Notes under the pieces: generated by a model
Seen by the model: the letters and a program-made list of their open reading frames with translations, nothing else
What the model was told of the DNA's origin: nothing
Databases searched by the model: none
Shown here: positions 1-58,970 of the stretch, one piece after another
Numbering within the stretch: the first letter of the stretch is position 1
Layout of the letters: each line of letters begins with the position of its first letter
Assembly (NCBI RefSeq): GCF_001194135.2
Contig: NC_068982.1
Coordinates: forward strand, 63,886,549 to 63,945,518
Reading direction: 5' to 3'
Length of the DNA stretch: 58,970 nucleotides
From: Octopus bimaculoides
Taxonomy: Eukaryota
Translations under genes and position numbers: made by a program

Positions 1-62
<62 letters not shown>
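1..62. repeat. (CT)n microsatellite
   Basis: Perfect CT dinucleotide run. Other large TA/CA/TATG compound microsatellites occur at about 9232-9314, 9578-9658, 9826-9965, 20040-20228, 22430-22576 and 52992-53082. Confidence 0.98.
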
Positions 63-65
<3 letters not shown>

Positions 66-194
66 GCACATGCACATACACAAACACACTCACACACACA
101 CCGTAATGCTAATTCATAAATCTAAGGGAAATAATTCTGTCAGGAATTTAACGCAATATCAATTTTAGAAATACACAAAATAATATCTTTATGT

Positions 195-499
195 ACATTA
201 TGTACATTTGACGGATATTTGTCCTCATCTTGTTTGTTGTTAACACAACTTTTCGGCTGATATACCCACCCTCCAGCCTTCATCAGGTGTCTTGGGGAAA
301 TTTCGAACCTGGGTTCTAATTCCTAAGGTATTTTTCGATGTTATTATTATTATTATTATTATTATTCAGGTCACTTCCTGGAATCGAACTCGGAATTTTG
401 GAGTTAGTAGGCCGCGCTCTTAACCACTACGCGTTATGCCAGTCAAATGTAAATAAAGTAAATAATGTACATAATTCCTCATCTCTTAAATATAGAACT
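195..499 (-). mobile_element. tRNA-headed SINE with hammerhead-ribozyme-like motif and inverted terminal segment
   Basis: Minus strand: tRNA-like head at 440-369 (A-box-like GCGTAGTGG, B box GAGTTCGATTCC), then (AAT)n, then the HHR motif at 291-242. Direct repeat ATATCTTTATGT at 183-194 and 500-511. Confidence 0.7.
242..291 (-). ncRNA. Minimal type-I hammerhead ribozyme motif (Penelope-type)
   Basis: GACAC-CTGATGA-A-GGCTG(14 nt)CAGCC-GAAA-AGTT-GTGTT. Intact core boxes, 5-bp stem II, 5-bp stem I; stem III is one base off the AACGTT palindrome. Confidence 0.6.
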
Positions 500-1259
500 A
501 TATCTTTATGTGTTGTTGAAAATATTATATAGAAGCTCAGATTCAGAAACTAGATAAAGAGAATAAAAGTAACTATTTTCATACGTCCCCTTCATGTGTG
601 CCCTTGTGTGTTTGTTTAGTTTTTAACTAATTTTGGCCTAATTCTTAAAATTTTGATCAAATTAGCATTGCGAAGTTATTTCATTTTCTATTATTTATTG
701 AATTTCGATCTTGTCTCCATAGTATTAGGAAGTCCAAAGCCATAGCTTTTTGTTTTTATATAGCTTTGTTTTAAAATATATCTCACGTATGCTCTGAGAT
801 GCATTATCAGTAATGTTTCTTGGATCACAGTGGAGTTTAGATCTCACAACGTCAGACCTCTCATCCAGTTGATCGAGCCAGGGTTGATCAAGTCAAAACT
901 CACATCATAGAATTAGCAAACAACAGGTCTGCTCTCTTTATCCAAAGCCATCTAGTGACCTTCTAGCCAGCTTCAGTGATAGAATTTATAACCCTCCTAT
1001 TTGCTGCACCAGTAGCTCCAAGCCCACGAAGAAAAACTATGTATAATAAGAATAATATAAAGAATATTCAATTGAAACGCTCAATTAAAACGAAACTTTT
1101 CAAAATTTATCCGATTTATGTTTTTTTTTGTTTGTTTTTTTTTGCTTTGTTTTGGGTTTTTGCTTTTTTATAATTGATATGACTTTTCTACACACACCTG
1201 TAGCATGTCTGTATTAGCTTTAGTTCAAACATGCATTTTTGGACTTCAAGTTAGGCTCA

Positions 1260-2640
1260 GGCGACATTGTCAGTTTACAGCTTTACTCAGTCTGTGATTG
1301 GCTGAAATAACTAGCTCCCTCGGATAGGCAATTTCTACTACGTCCGATTGTCTCTTACATAATGTGCCTGCTGCCATGATTCAATCGAGTTCCTTGACTT
1401 TCTCCGTCTTGTTGATTGCTGTTGAACTGCTGTCTTTGTGTGGAACATGTGCGTTTTGTCGTCTCAGGAAGAACTGGCTAAAACTCTGAATAGAATAGAC
1501 GAAGCAATAGAGGTGAAGAATTATGCAGAGGAGGTGGAAGAGAAAAGAGAAGATGTGTGTCAGGGGGAGTTGAGTAGATTCAAAGAAACGCTTAAAAGGG
1601 AGGGGAACGACGTAAAAGTGTACCCCCACTGAAAGAAGTTTTAAAAGAAAAAAAAACATTATTTACAGGACGTACTCAGCAACAACCAGGAAAGTTGAAA
1701 TCATGTCGACCGCTCAAGTCGAAATGGCATTAAAGCCAATCTGGCAAGGGGTTTCTTACTTTGCCAGGGGAAGAGATTTTGGAACGGTGGAGATGCAGTT
1801 CCAGGAGGTAGCTACTGCTAGGCTGAACTCGGCAACACTCTTAAAAACGGATGAAGTGGTGCTTCTACCCATATACCTTGGGAGACGTGCTTCCAAGGTT
1901 AGGGTAGAAGATATACCCCCAGAAATTGATGTAGCCTGGCTAGCAGCTGCCATACTGCTGGGCACAGAAGAGAAGGTAGTGGTCCGCCAGGCCACCTGAA
2001 CACCCCACAAGAACTGGCAAGGACAGAGCCTAGATATGATAATTCAGGCAGCCCCGGAAGACCTTGAAAACATGGTAGAGACCATCACGGTCGAAGAGGT
2101 GACACTTAGGGTCAGAGTAGAAGGAAGGATCCCGCGATGCTATAAACCCTCTCTATCCCAACCTCTCCCTACAGACCCCAACTCTCTCCATATCCCACCT
2201 GACTTAAAGACACGCACAAGCACACAGGAGCCCAAACTTCCCCACCAAATTTTTCCTGTGAGAAAAAATATATTATACTGCACAACGGACAAAATGCAAA
2301 ACTTTATAATGAGATAGACTAATGGGGCAAAGCGATAAATGTGAATATAACAGAAGTTAGGGGATTGCCCGAGTACATTCATTGTGCGGTGGCAGACCCA
2401 GAGTATCTTTCGAGGGTAAAGGATTATAAAGAGGACTATGAGTGGTGGGTCAAGAAAATAGACACCAGCACAATACCAGAACGGGTAATCTATCTTGAAC
2501 TTATAAAGAGATTTAACATAGATTTTCTTCGAAAATATGAAAGTTAGTTGTTGCAAATAGTGTTTTGAACTGTCACAAATAATGTTTTAAAATGTTACAA
2601 TTAGTGTTTTAAAAGAAGTTGTATTAGCAGGTTCAATGAA
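1260..2640 (+). mobile_element. Degenerate non-LTR retrotransposon ORF1/gag-like relic (L1/Tx1-like), apparently internally deleted
   Basis: Frameshifted, stop-interrupted ORF 1447-2146 with KVRVEDIPPEI, ending RVEGRIPRCYK, which looks like the start of a truncated CCHC knuckle. Composition changes abruptly after 2146. Outer boundaries are approximate. Confidence 0.5.
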
Positions 2641-4273
2641 GTCGCTTGGATGTGGGGGCCGAACGCTTTCGTTTCATTTATCATTTCATCTAATTCATCC
2701 TTCCCATCCGTTCTTTGCTTCTGTTTCCACCATGTGCTGTCTCCTCTGTGTTAGGCCCTGTGTGGCTTATAAAGAATGAGAGTTCATTGACTTCCTCGCT
2801 TCACTTCCAAAGGACTCTCGGCATGCTGTTTTGCTCTTCCGCGGTTTACGCTGGCCTCTCTCACACAAGAACATTCTTCTTCCACGGACGCTAGTAGAAT
2901 AGATCAAATTCAATGTTGTTATCTTCATGCTATCTAGAAACACTTCTATCAAGTTTCTTCTACATATACAAAGTACAACTAATGCTTTCACGCATTCATT
3001 CATTTACTGTTAACATACCAGAGACATCCCTATAAAGCACTACACATCTCTACACAAACACAACTTACTTCTTTGCATGAAATCTTATGCAAGACATTAA
3101 CATTGTACGTAACCCCCTGCTTTGAATAAACTTTGCTATTGAACAAGTTGAGTTTGTCCGTCTGTCTTTGTATACCAATTACTATTGAACGAACGCACAG
3201 ATACAGTATCAACAAACTGCCACTGCCGAAGTCGTCACTTCACCCAGACTGTGAACACTCCATTGGGATATAGCTACACATTAGCTACGAAGATAGTGAA
3301 CTCACTATATTGGTGACCCCTTCGCTAGACTGGCGATGTCATCACTAAACACCTAACTAAATGAAAAACAGAAGATGAAATAATGTAATCATCTCAGATG
3401 ATTAATAAAGCAAAGGATTAGCGAATTTAACATTGATTTCAAACATAGAGAACAAGTTTAGAAATTTGGGAATAAATGAATTAATTATATTGTCGACTCT
3501 ATCTCGATTAAATTAGTACTATTCAAGATGATTTGAATGATTATAGCAACTATGTAGCAAAGTGAGAGATCAGCATACACTCATGGAGTAACAGAGACGT
3601 TAGAGCGACAGATTAAATGCCTCATCGTCTCCCTATATTCTAAATCCTAATCTTGTTGGTTATCGTTTCCACTTTTTTTATCTTTCCAGAGTTGATAAAT
3701 TAAATATCAGCTTTTTTGTTTTTTAGTCCTGGGTCCACCTTGATCGAGCGCGCTATGATCAAAAGGATTCCATCCCTAACCATCCCCACTGATTTCCAAG
3801 AATAAGATTACATTGTAAACTATGATTTATTGTTTTTAACACTATGCGTGTGATCCGGGGAAGATTTAGTAACTATTTCCAGCAAGGGAGATAACTTCTA
3901 ACTTCTACGTGAAAGAGTCAACGTTTTGTTGTAGATTGAATTGCTCTGTAGTGCGTAATGATGGAAGCCAACTGCGTAGAAGTTATCTCCCTTACAATTA
4001 AAATTAAATACTAGATTTTAAAAGGAAAATAAAACTAGCAAAAGGGAGATAAGGTGATTAATTTTATTAAACAAAAACGTTACATTGTATTTTTCGAAAA
4101 TTTTGCTTACATCCTTGATTACTTTACCCGGGCATAAACTGCAACAGCCATCAATGGTCTCTTACATTGACTCACTGACTATCCAACAAAATCAGAAATG
4201 GATAAAATGTATACATGCATACATACGTATATCTGTGCGTGTATTCATAAGCTTGTATGCATATATGTATGGC

Positions 4274-4414
4274 ATTATTCAGTTTATTTCAAGATTTCTT
4301 GCCAATAGAGAAAGAACCGGTTTCTAACCTAGATCCAAGGCGCCTTCATTGAAATTTCAACATCAACAACAGGGTATGTATGTATGTATGTATGTATGTA
4401 TGCATGCATGCATG

Positions 4415-4448
<34 letters not shown>

Positions 4449-4884
4449 ATGTATGTATTCTCATGCATATAGTTGCATATCTAGACATGCTCATATATAT
4501 TGAAATGATTGACTTCTGAAAAGTTTTACAGATTTTTACAGTTCCAGTGATGGATTGGATCTGTAGTCTTCGAATTAGCTTTCTCCTTTCTGGTTTTGAG
4601 AACCCTAATTTCTCAAGATTGGTATTTATGCAGTGTGTTACATATCCCAGGGTCCAATAATTACAGGTATAAACCTGAACTTGTAATCTGGATAGAATAA
4701 CTGCAGATTTTTCAATAGTTCAGCATAAAGTATTCTCTTTTTCACTGATCTTCAGCTTTATGTTAACAACCGCTGGGCAGCTAATTTCCACAACTGTGCA
4801 CAGTTTCTCTCCTCTATCCCAAATCATTATATCAGGTCTGTTGTGCTTACATTTCATTGAGGTCTTCACTGGGACATTCCACTA
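4274..4884 (-). mobile_element. 3' end of an RLE-encoding non-LTR retrotransposon (R4/Dong-like)
   Basis: Minus-strand translation with frameshifts: KHNRPDIMIWD...VVEISCP...EKENT...FIPVIIG.LG, a PD-(D/E)xK restriction-like endonuclease; followed by a 3'UTR containing a microsatellite. Confidence 0.8.
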
Positions 4885-5050
4885 GTATTTTTTTTTTTTT
4901 TTATGAGTGGTTATGGCTTCTACCATATTGTGGCTTCTTATTTCTTTGTCCTCGGGATTATTGTGTATGTTTTCGCAAGTTACCACGAGGTACCACCTAT
5001 GTATGTGTGTACATGCGTGAGTGAGCGTTTGTATGTATGTATGTATTTTG

Positions 5051-6000
5051 ATATTATAAAGTCTTTTCATGATGACATGGAAGCCCGAGTAAATGTTGGT
5101 GGTATTCTCAGTGATCTGATTACACTTAAGTATGGTATTAAACAGGGTTATCTCATGACATCTACTCTTTTCATTTTCTCTATAGTGCTAATTAACGCAT
5201 TCAGAGACTACAACAAAGGCATCTTCATCAGATACCAAAACACTCATTCCATATATGACATTTTGCTGCGAAGACCAAGATCATTCAGAATCTTATACGC
5301 AATCATTTATATGCTGGTGACTGTGATCTTGTAGCACACTCACTCCACATGTACACAAACTTTTATGGATAGACTCTCACAATCTCGTAAGGCATTCAGG
5401 TCAACCATTAGCCTCAACAGGTCAGTGGTAATGTTTCATCCAGTTCCCAAATCACACTATGTTGAATCATCAATTTTATCGATGGTCACAGGCTCAAATT
5501 TGCTGATAAATTTTCATACCTAGAAAATATGATTAATCAGTACTGTCCACTTGATGATGAAATAGCTTCACGCATCAGAAAGACAATTGATACTTTTGCC
5601 AGTCTCAAAGCACACGTTTGGTACCAGAAAGAAATTTTAAAAAGCACACTGAAGTGTAGTATACAAAGCAAACGTCTCCATGATGCTGCTCTTGTAAAAC
5701 TTGGGTCATCTGCTTTAGATACCTCAAGATCCTACAGTATTTTCACCAACAATGCCTCCGAGATATTCTAGGTACTCACTGGCGTACACATACTCCCGAT
5801 TCTGAAGTACTCCAAAATGCTGTCACATTCAGCATTGAAGCTCACATTCATAAGCGCACCCTCCTCTGGATAAACCACCTCACTTGACTACATGACAGTA
5901 GAACCCTAAAACTAAAACGAATCCTTTATGGATGATCTGGCGTCTTGTATGAGCATAAGCCAAAAGAGCCTTTTAAGGAACAACACAAAAGTCAACCTAA
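5051..6000 (+). mobile_element. RTE-clade LINE reverse transcriptase fragment (pseudogenised)
   Basis: IIKSFHDDMEARV...GIKQG; degenerate YADD (YAGDCDLVAHS); LDDEIASRI. Confidence 0.8.
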
Positions 6001-6253
6001 CTTTTACAAGTAAGACTAACTGATCGGCGATTGTCAAGTTCAGGAATTCTCTTTGACTTTGGCACACAACAGCTTGCTACTTCTATATTTGGCGGCCAAC
6101 AAAGACTCTTTTTTTAATGTGTTGTTGAATTAATTTCATTACTCCTTTTGTTCAAGATTTAAATGATAAAATGTGAATATTCAAGGAAGGATGTGACTGT
6201 ACCTTCAGATCGTATACAATTTGTTGCTGGTGTTGTTAAGCATTTTTGTGGTA

Positions 6254-6918
6254 TTCTTTTATTCTTTTACTTGTTTGTCATTTGACTGCGGCCATGCTGG
6301 AGCACCGCCTTTAGTCGAGCAAATCGACCCCAGGACTTATTCTTTGTAAGCCTACTACTTATTCTATCGGTCTCTCTTGCCGAACCGCTAAGTGACGGGG
6401 ACGTAAACACAGCAGCATCGGTTGTCAAGTGATGTTGGGGGGACAAACACAGACACACAAACATATACATGTGTGTGTGTGTGTGTGTGTGTGTATAAAT
6501 AATACAAAATGGGACAAGAACGCAAAACATCCAGACAGTTAGGTGATACAAGAAAGGGACAAAACATCCAGATAGACGATACAAAGAAAACACGGACAAG
6601 TCATTCGGAGTTTTCTTTCTTCAGTCGAGATCCAGATTATCCTTGCAATTTCGGCTGGTTATTCTCGATATTGCTCCAACCTGGCCAGCCCCAAGGAAAA
6701 ACTAAGCTAAGAGCATTAGATTCCTTGGAAGAAAGCAGCGAATGTATACAAAAACAAGGACGGACGGGATTCTTTCAGTTTCCGCCTACCAAATCCGCTC
6801 ACAAGGCTTTGGTCAGCCCGAAGCTATAGCAGAAGATACTTGTCCAAGGTGCCACGTAGTGGGACTGAACCTTGAACCATGTAGTTGGTAAGCAAGCTAT
6901 TTACCACACAGCCACTCG
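6254..6918 (-). mobile_element. tRNA-derived CORE-like SINE (family B), full length, with a nested ~270-bp insertion
   Basis: Minus strand: head GAGTGGCTGTGTGGTAA...GGTTCAAGGTTCAGTCCC, CORE-like ACCTTGGACAAGT, tail GGTGCTCCAGCATGGCCGCAGTCAAATGAC. Foreign sequence 6495-6763 sits in the internal microsatellite. Confidence 0.85.
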
Positions 6919-7489
6919 GAATTATGATGTAAGCATGTGCTGAAACCCCTCGTAACTTTTTTCATTTTTTCGAATTTTTTCCAAAATTGTTTCGATTCTT
7001 TCTTCGATTCTGGAATTAATACGATTATGCAAAAAAAAAAAAAAAACGAAAGAAATTTAATTCTTTGAATTTTTTTCCTTTTTTAATCACAGTCCGAACT
7101 TTTGGTTAAATCCTAATAGACTATTAAATGTGTTTATGGGGAGAAAGACATTAAAAATCCTCAACACGTCAGAGTGACAAAATTACCACGAGGGTAACCC
7201 AAAAGGTAGTCGTGAGATGTATTAAAAAAAAAGACAGCTAAATACCCCTAAAATCACACCTTTTTTTTTTTTTTTTTTTTTGCTTAGTCGTATGATTTCG
7301 GTGTGTAGAACACAAATTCGCAAAACTTTTCTGAAAATTCCAAAAAATAAAAAGTTATGAGAGCTTAATTCCGCCCTACACAAATTTGCAAAAAATGTTC
7401 TGAAAATTCCCTAAAATATAAAAAAATAAAAAATTTAGGAAGACGGTGCTCCAGCATAGTCACAGTCAAATGACTGAAACAAGTTAAAC

Positions 7490-7807
7490 AGTTAAATAGT
7501 CGGTGATAACATATGTAAGCCGTGCATAGAGCAGAATTCCGCCTGATAATACTTCCAACTGCAACAACAGCTGACTGGCAGAATTAACGAGAAGGAGGTA
7601 AGGTCAGACAACTGCTGCTACTACTCTTCACACAAAGGTGAAGTAAACTTTCAGACTTATCTTTCCCTGTCATCATTCGGTATCAGTCGGCGAACGGTGG
7701 CGGTTTGTTGGCCTTCAACATTCCTGCTACATGTGCAGAAGTTTATTGAATATTTACTCCCGTAGAACATCAACAATAATAATAATATCGTCAATAAAAC
7801 ATCGGAA
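7490..7807 (+). promoter_or_regulatory. Probable LONP1 promoter / 5'UTR
   Basis: Non-repetitive, CpG-retaining stretch (e.g. TTCGGTATCAGTCGGCGAACGGTGGCGG) directly upstream of the ATG, in contrast to CpG-poor introns. The TSS cannot be determined from sequence. Confidence 0.45.
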
Positions 7808-56716
<48,909 letters not shown>

Positions 56717-56797
56717 GTAATGTTTTATGTATATGTTTTGTTTTTTTATTGCTGTGAGTGTCTGCTGATGTAACATTACAGAGCTTTATTAAATATT

Positions 56798-56997
56798 GGT
56801 TTCAAATTTTGGCACATGGCCAGCAATTTTGGGGAATGGGGCTGAATTGCATCAAACCCAGTGCTCAAATGGTACTTATTTTATTGACCCGGAAAGGATG
56901 AATACCAAAGTCAACCTCAGTGGAATTTGAACTCAGAATGTAAAGACGGACAAAATGCTGCTAAGCATTTCGTCTGGCATGCAAATGATTCTGCCAA
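56798..56997 (-). mobile_element. SINE family C copy
   Basis: Reverse complement of the 37657 family; 14-bp TSD CTTTATTAAATATT at 56784-56797 and 56998-57011. Confidence 0.85.
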
Positions 56998-57012
56998 CTT
57001 TATTAAATATTT

Positions 57013-57360
57013 GGCACTTTGGGCAAGTGTGTCCTACCATAGCCTCGGGCCGATCAAAGCCTTGTGAGTGGATTTGGTAGATGGAAACTGAAAGAAGCCC
57101 GTCGTATATATGTATATATATGTATGTATATATATATATATATATATATGTTTGTGTGTCTGTGTTTGTCCCCCCAGCATCGCTTGACAACCGATGGTGG
57201 TGTATTTACGTCCCCGTAACTTAGCGGTTCGGCAAAAGAGACCGATAGAATAAGTACTAGGCTTCCAAAGAATAAGTCCTGGGGTCGATTTGGTCGAACA
57301 AGGGCGGTGCTCCAGCATGGCCGCAGTCAAATGACTGAAACAAGTAAAAGAGTAAAAGAG
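57013..57360 (+). mobile_element. SINE family B, 5'-truncated, young
   Basis: Starts at the CORE-like GGCACTTTGGGCAAGT; CpGs retained; AAAAGAGT tail repeat. Confidence 0.88.
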
Positions 57361-57775
57361 TCTTATACACGTTAACATGTTTTATCAATTATCCTGAAGG
57401 ATAAAAGAAAAAATTGATGGAACAGACCATTACAGTTCTAAATATATAATATTTCTTATATCTGATCATTCTGAAATACAACAATATCTGTTTCAACACA
57501 CGGTTTCACATCAGGAATCTTGCAACACAAATTTATTATATCTTTCTTCAATTTCTAAAGCCACTTTTGTCTGATTGGAATGGAATGATAAATAGACATG
57601 TTCTTCTCTTCTATGTTTTACTTGTTTCAGTCATTAGACTGTGGCCAAGCAGGGTCACTATTTTGACAGGTTTTAGTTGAATAAATTGCCCCCATTATGT
57701 CTTTTAAGTTACGGGGAATTAAACATCACTTGTGTGAGAGGAAGGTAACAAAGACACACACATTTTACAAATATA

Positions 57776-58966
57776 TGAAGTGGGTACCCCAAAAAACCGG
57801 ATTTTCCAATATTATTCTATTTTCTTAGCTTTACACTTTTATTGCCTTCGTAGTATTCTCCATTTGAAGCAATGCATCGGTCCAAACACATTTCCACTGT
57901 TCGAAGCAGCCCTGAAACTCTTGTGAAGTGATGCCTTTTAGCGCCTCTGTCATTTCTTTCTTTACCTCTTCCACATCTGCAAAACGTTTTCCTTTAAGAA
58001 CTTTTTTCATTCAAGAGAACAAAAAAAAGTTGTAGGGAGCTAGAGAAGGTGAGTAAGCGGGATTGTGCCATTTTCGGTCAAAAACTGTCTCTCACTCAAG
58101 ATGGTGTGCACAGGTGCCTTGTTGTGATGAAACCACCACTCTCCACTTTGCCACAGGTCTGACCAGGAGGAACAAATTCTGTGTGAACAATTCCTCTCGC
58201 ATCGATGAAACAAATCAGCATCATCTTGACATTGGACTCTGCTTCTTGGGGACATGGTAACATTGAATGCTTCCATTGATTTGATTGCTGCTTTGTTTCT
58301 GGGTCCTAGCTACAGCAGCAGCTTCTGTCACCAGTGATGACCTTCAAGAAAAGGTCCGGATCAACTTCCAGCCCGTTCTTTCAGTTCATGGGCCGCATTC
58401 AGTCATGACTGCCTTTGATCTTCCATAAGCAAGCAAAACACAAATTTTGCTGCAACTTCTTTCATTCACAATTCCTCACTCAAAATTCATTGACAGGAGT
58501 TCCAGGACACACCAGTCATATCAACAAGTTCATCAATTGTTTGGCGATGGTCCTCCGAGATCATTTCACAAATTTTCGTGATGTTTCCATTCATTCAGAA
58601 GGTTAACAGTCGCCCAAAATGAGGTTGGTCTTCAAGCAACAAGGGACCATTCCTAGGACATGAAAACCACTTGTAACCTTGTGTTTTGCTCATGGCAGCT
58701 GCCTTGTAAGCTATTTAAAGCATGACAACTGTTTCAGTCGCCATTTTTCCCTGCAGAAAACAGAATTTCAAGGAAGCACACTATTCCTTCAGCCATTGAA
58801 AAAATTGACGAACAGGGAAGAAGCACTGCAAAACAAAGATGCACCACGTGGCAGTACAACATTACCTGCTGACACCAGTTGGCAGACTGATGCCTGACGG
58901 TCGCATCAGGTGGCTTCTAGTGGTGGAAGCCTGGAATGTTTCCAATTACTTTTGTGTACCCCATCA
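57776..58966 (-). mobile_element. Near full-length degenerate mariner transposon
   Basis: Degenerate TIRs at both ends flanked by TA; ATG 58796; VITGD...DPETKQQS, FHHNKAPVH, LKGKRFADVEEVK, CIASNGEYYEG; many stops and frameshifts. Confidence 0.85.
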
Positions 58967-58970
58967 TATA

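Noticed and set aside
56717-58970. Next LONP1 exon with the catalytic Ser (GPSAG)
   Set aside because: Not found; the region is SINEs and a mariner relic, so the exon must lie downstream of the window.

Overview
AT-rich, microsatellite-dense eukaryotic scaffold with six N-gaps. The repeat families resemble those of octopus, which is an inference only. The main feature is a + strand, multi-exon mitochondrial Lon protease gene (LONP1 orthologue). I traced 20 coding exons from 7808 to 56716, all with GT-AG junctions, giving 2709 nt (903 aa) in one continuous frame. They cover the presequence, N-domain, the full AAA+ module and the start of the protease domain; the catalytic Ser/Lys exons lie beyond the window. 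The introns and upstream region hold several tRNA-headed SINE families, RTE, CR1/L2, R4-like and Tx1-like LINE fragments, Penelope-like fragments, mariner and maT relics, and MITEs. The most notable observation is a tRNA-headed SINE (195-499) carrying a minimal type-I hammerhead ribozyme motif with a Penelope-style inverted end. A second, unrelated hammerhead-like motif lies in intron 5, next to a GIY-YIG fragment. Other points are inverted retroposon pairs bracketing exon 19 and exons 11-13, an out-of-frame uORF overlapping the start codon, and four introns that seem absent from human LONP1. Most ORF-track entries are microsatellite, N-run or transposon artefacts. All coordinates were derived by hand; no searches were run.
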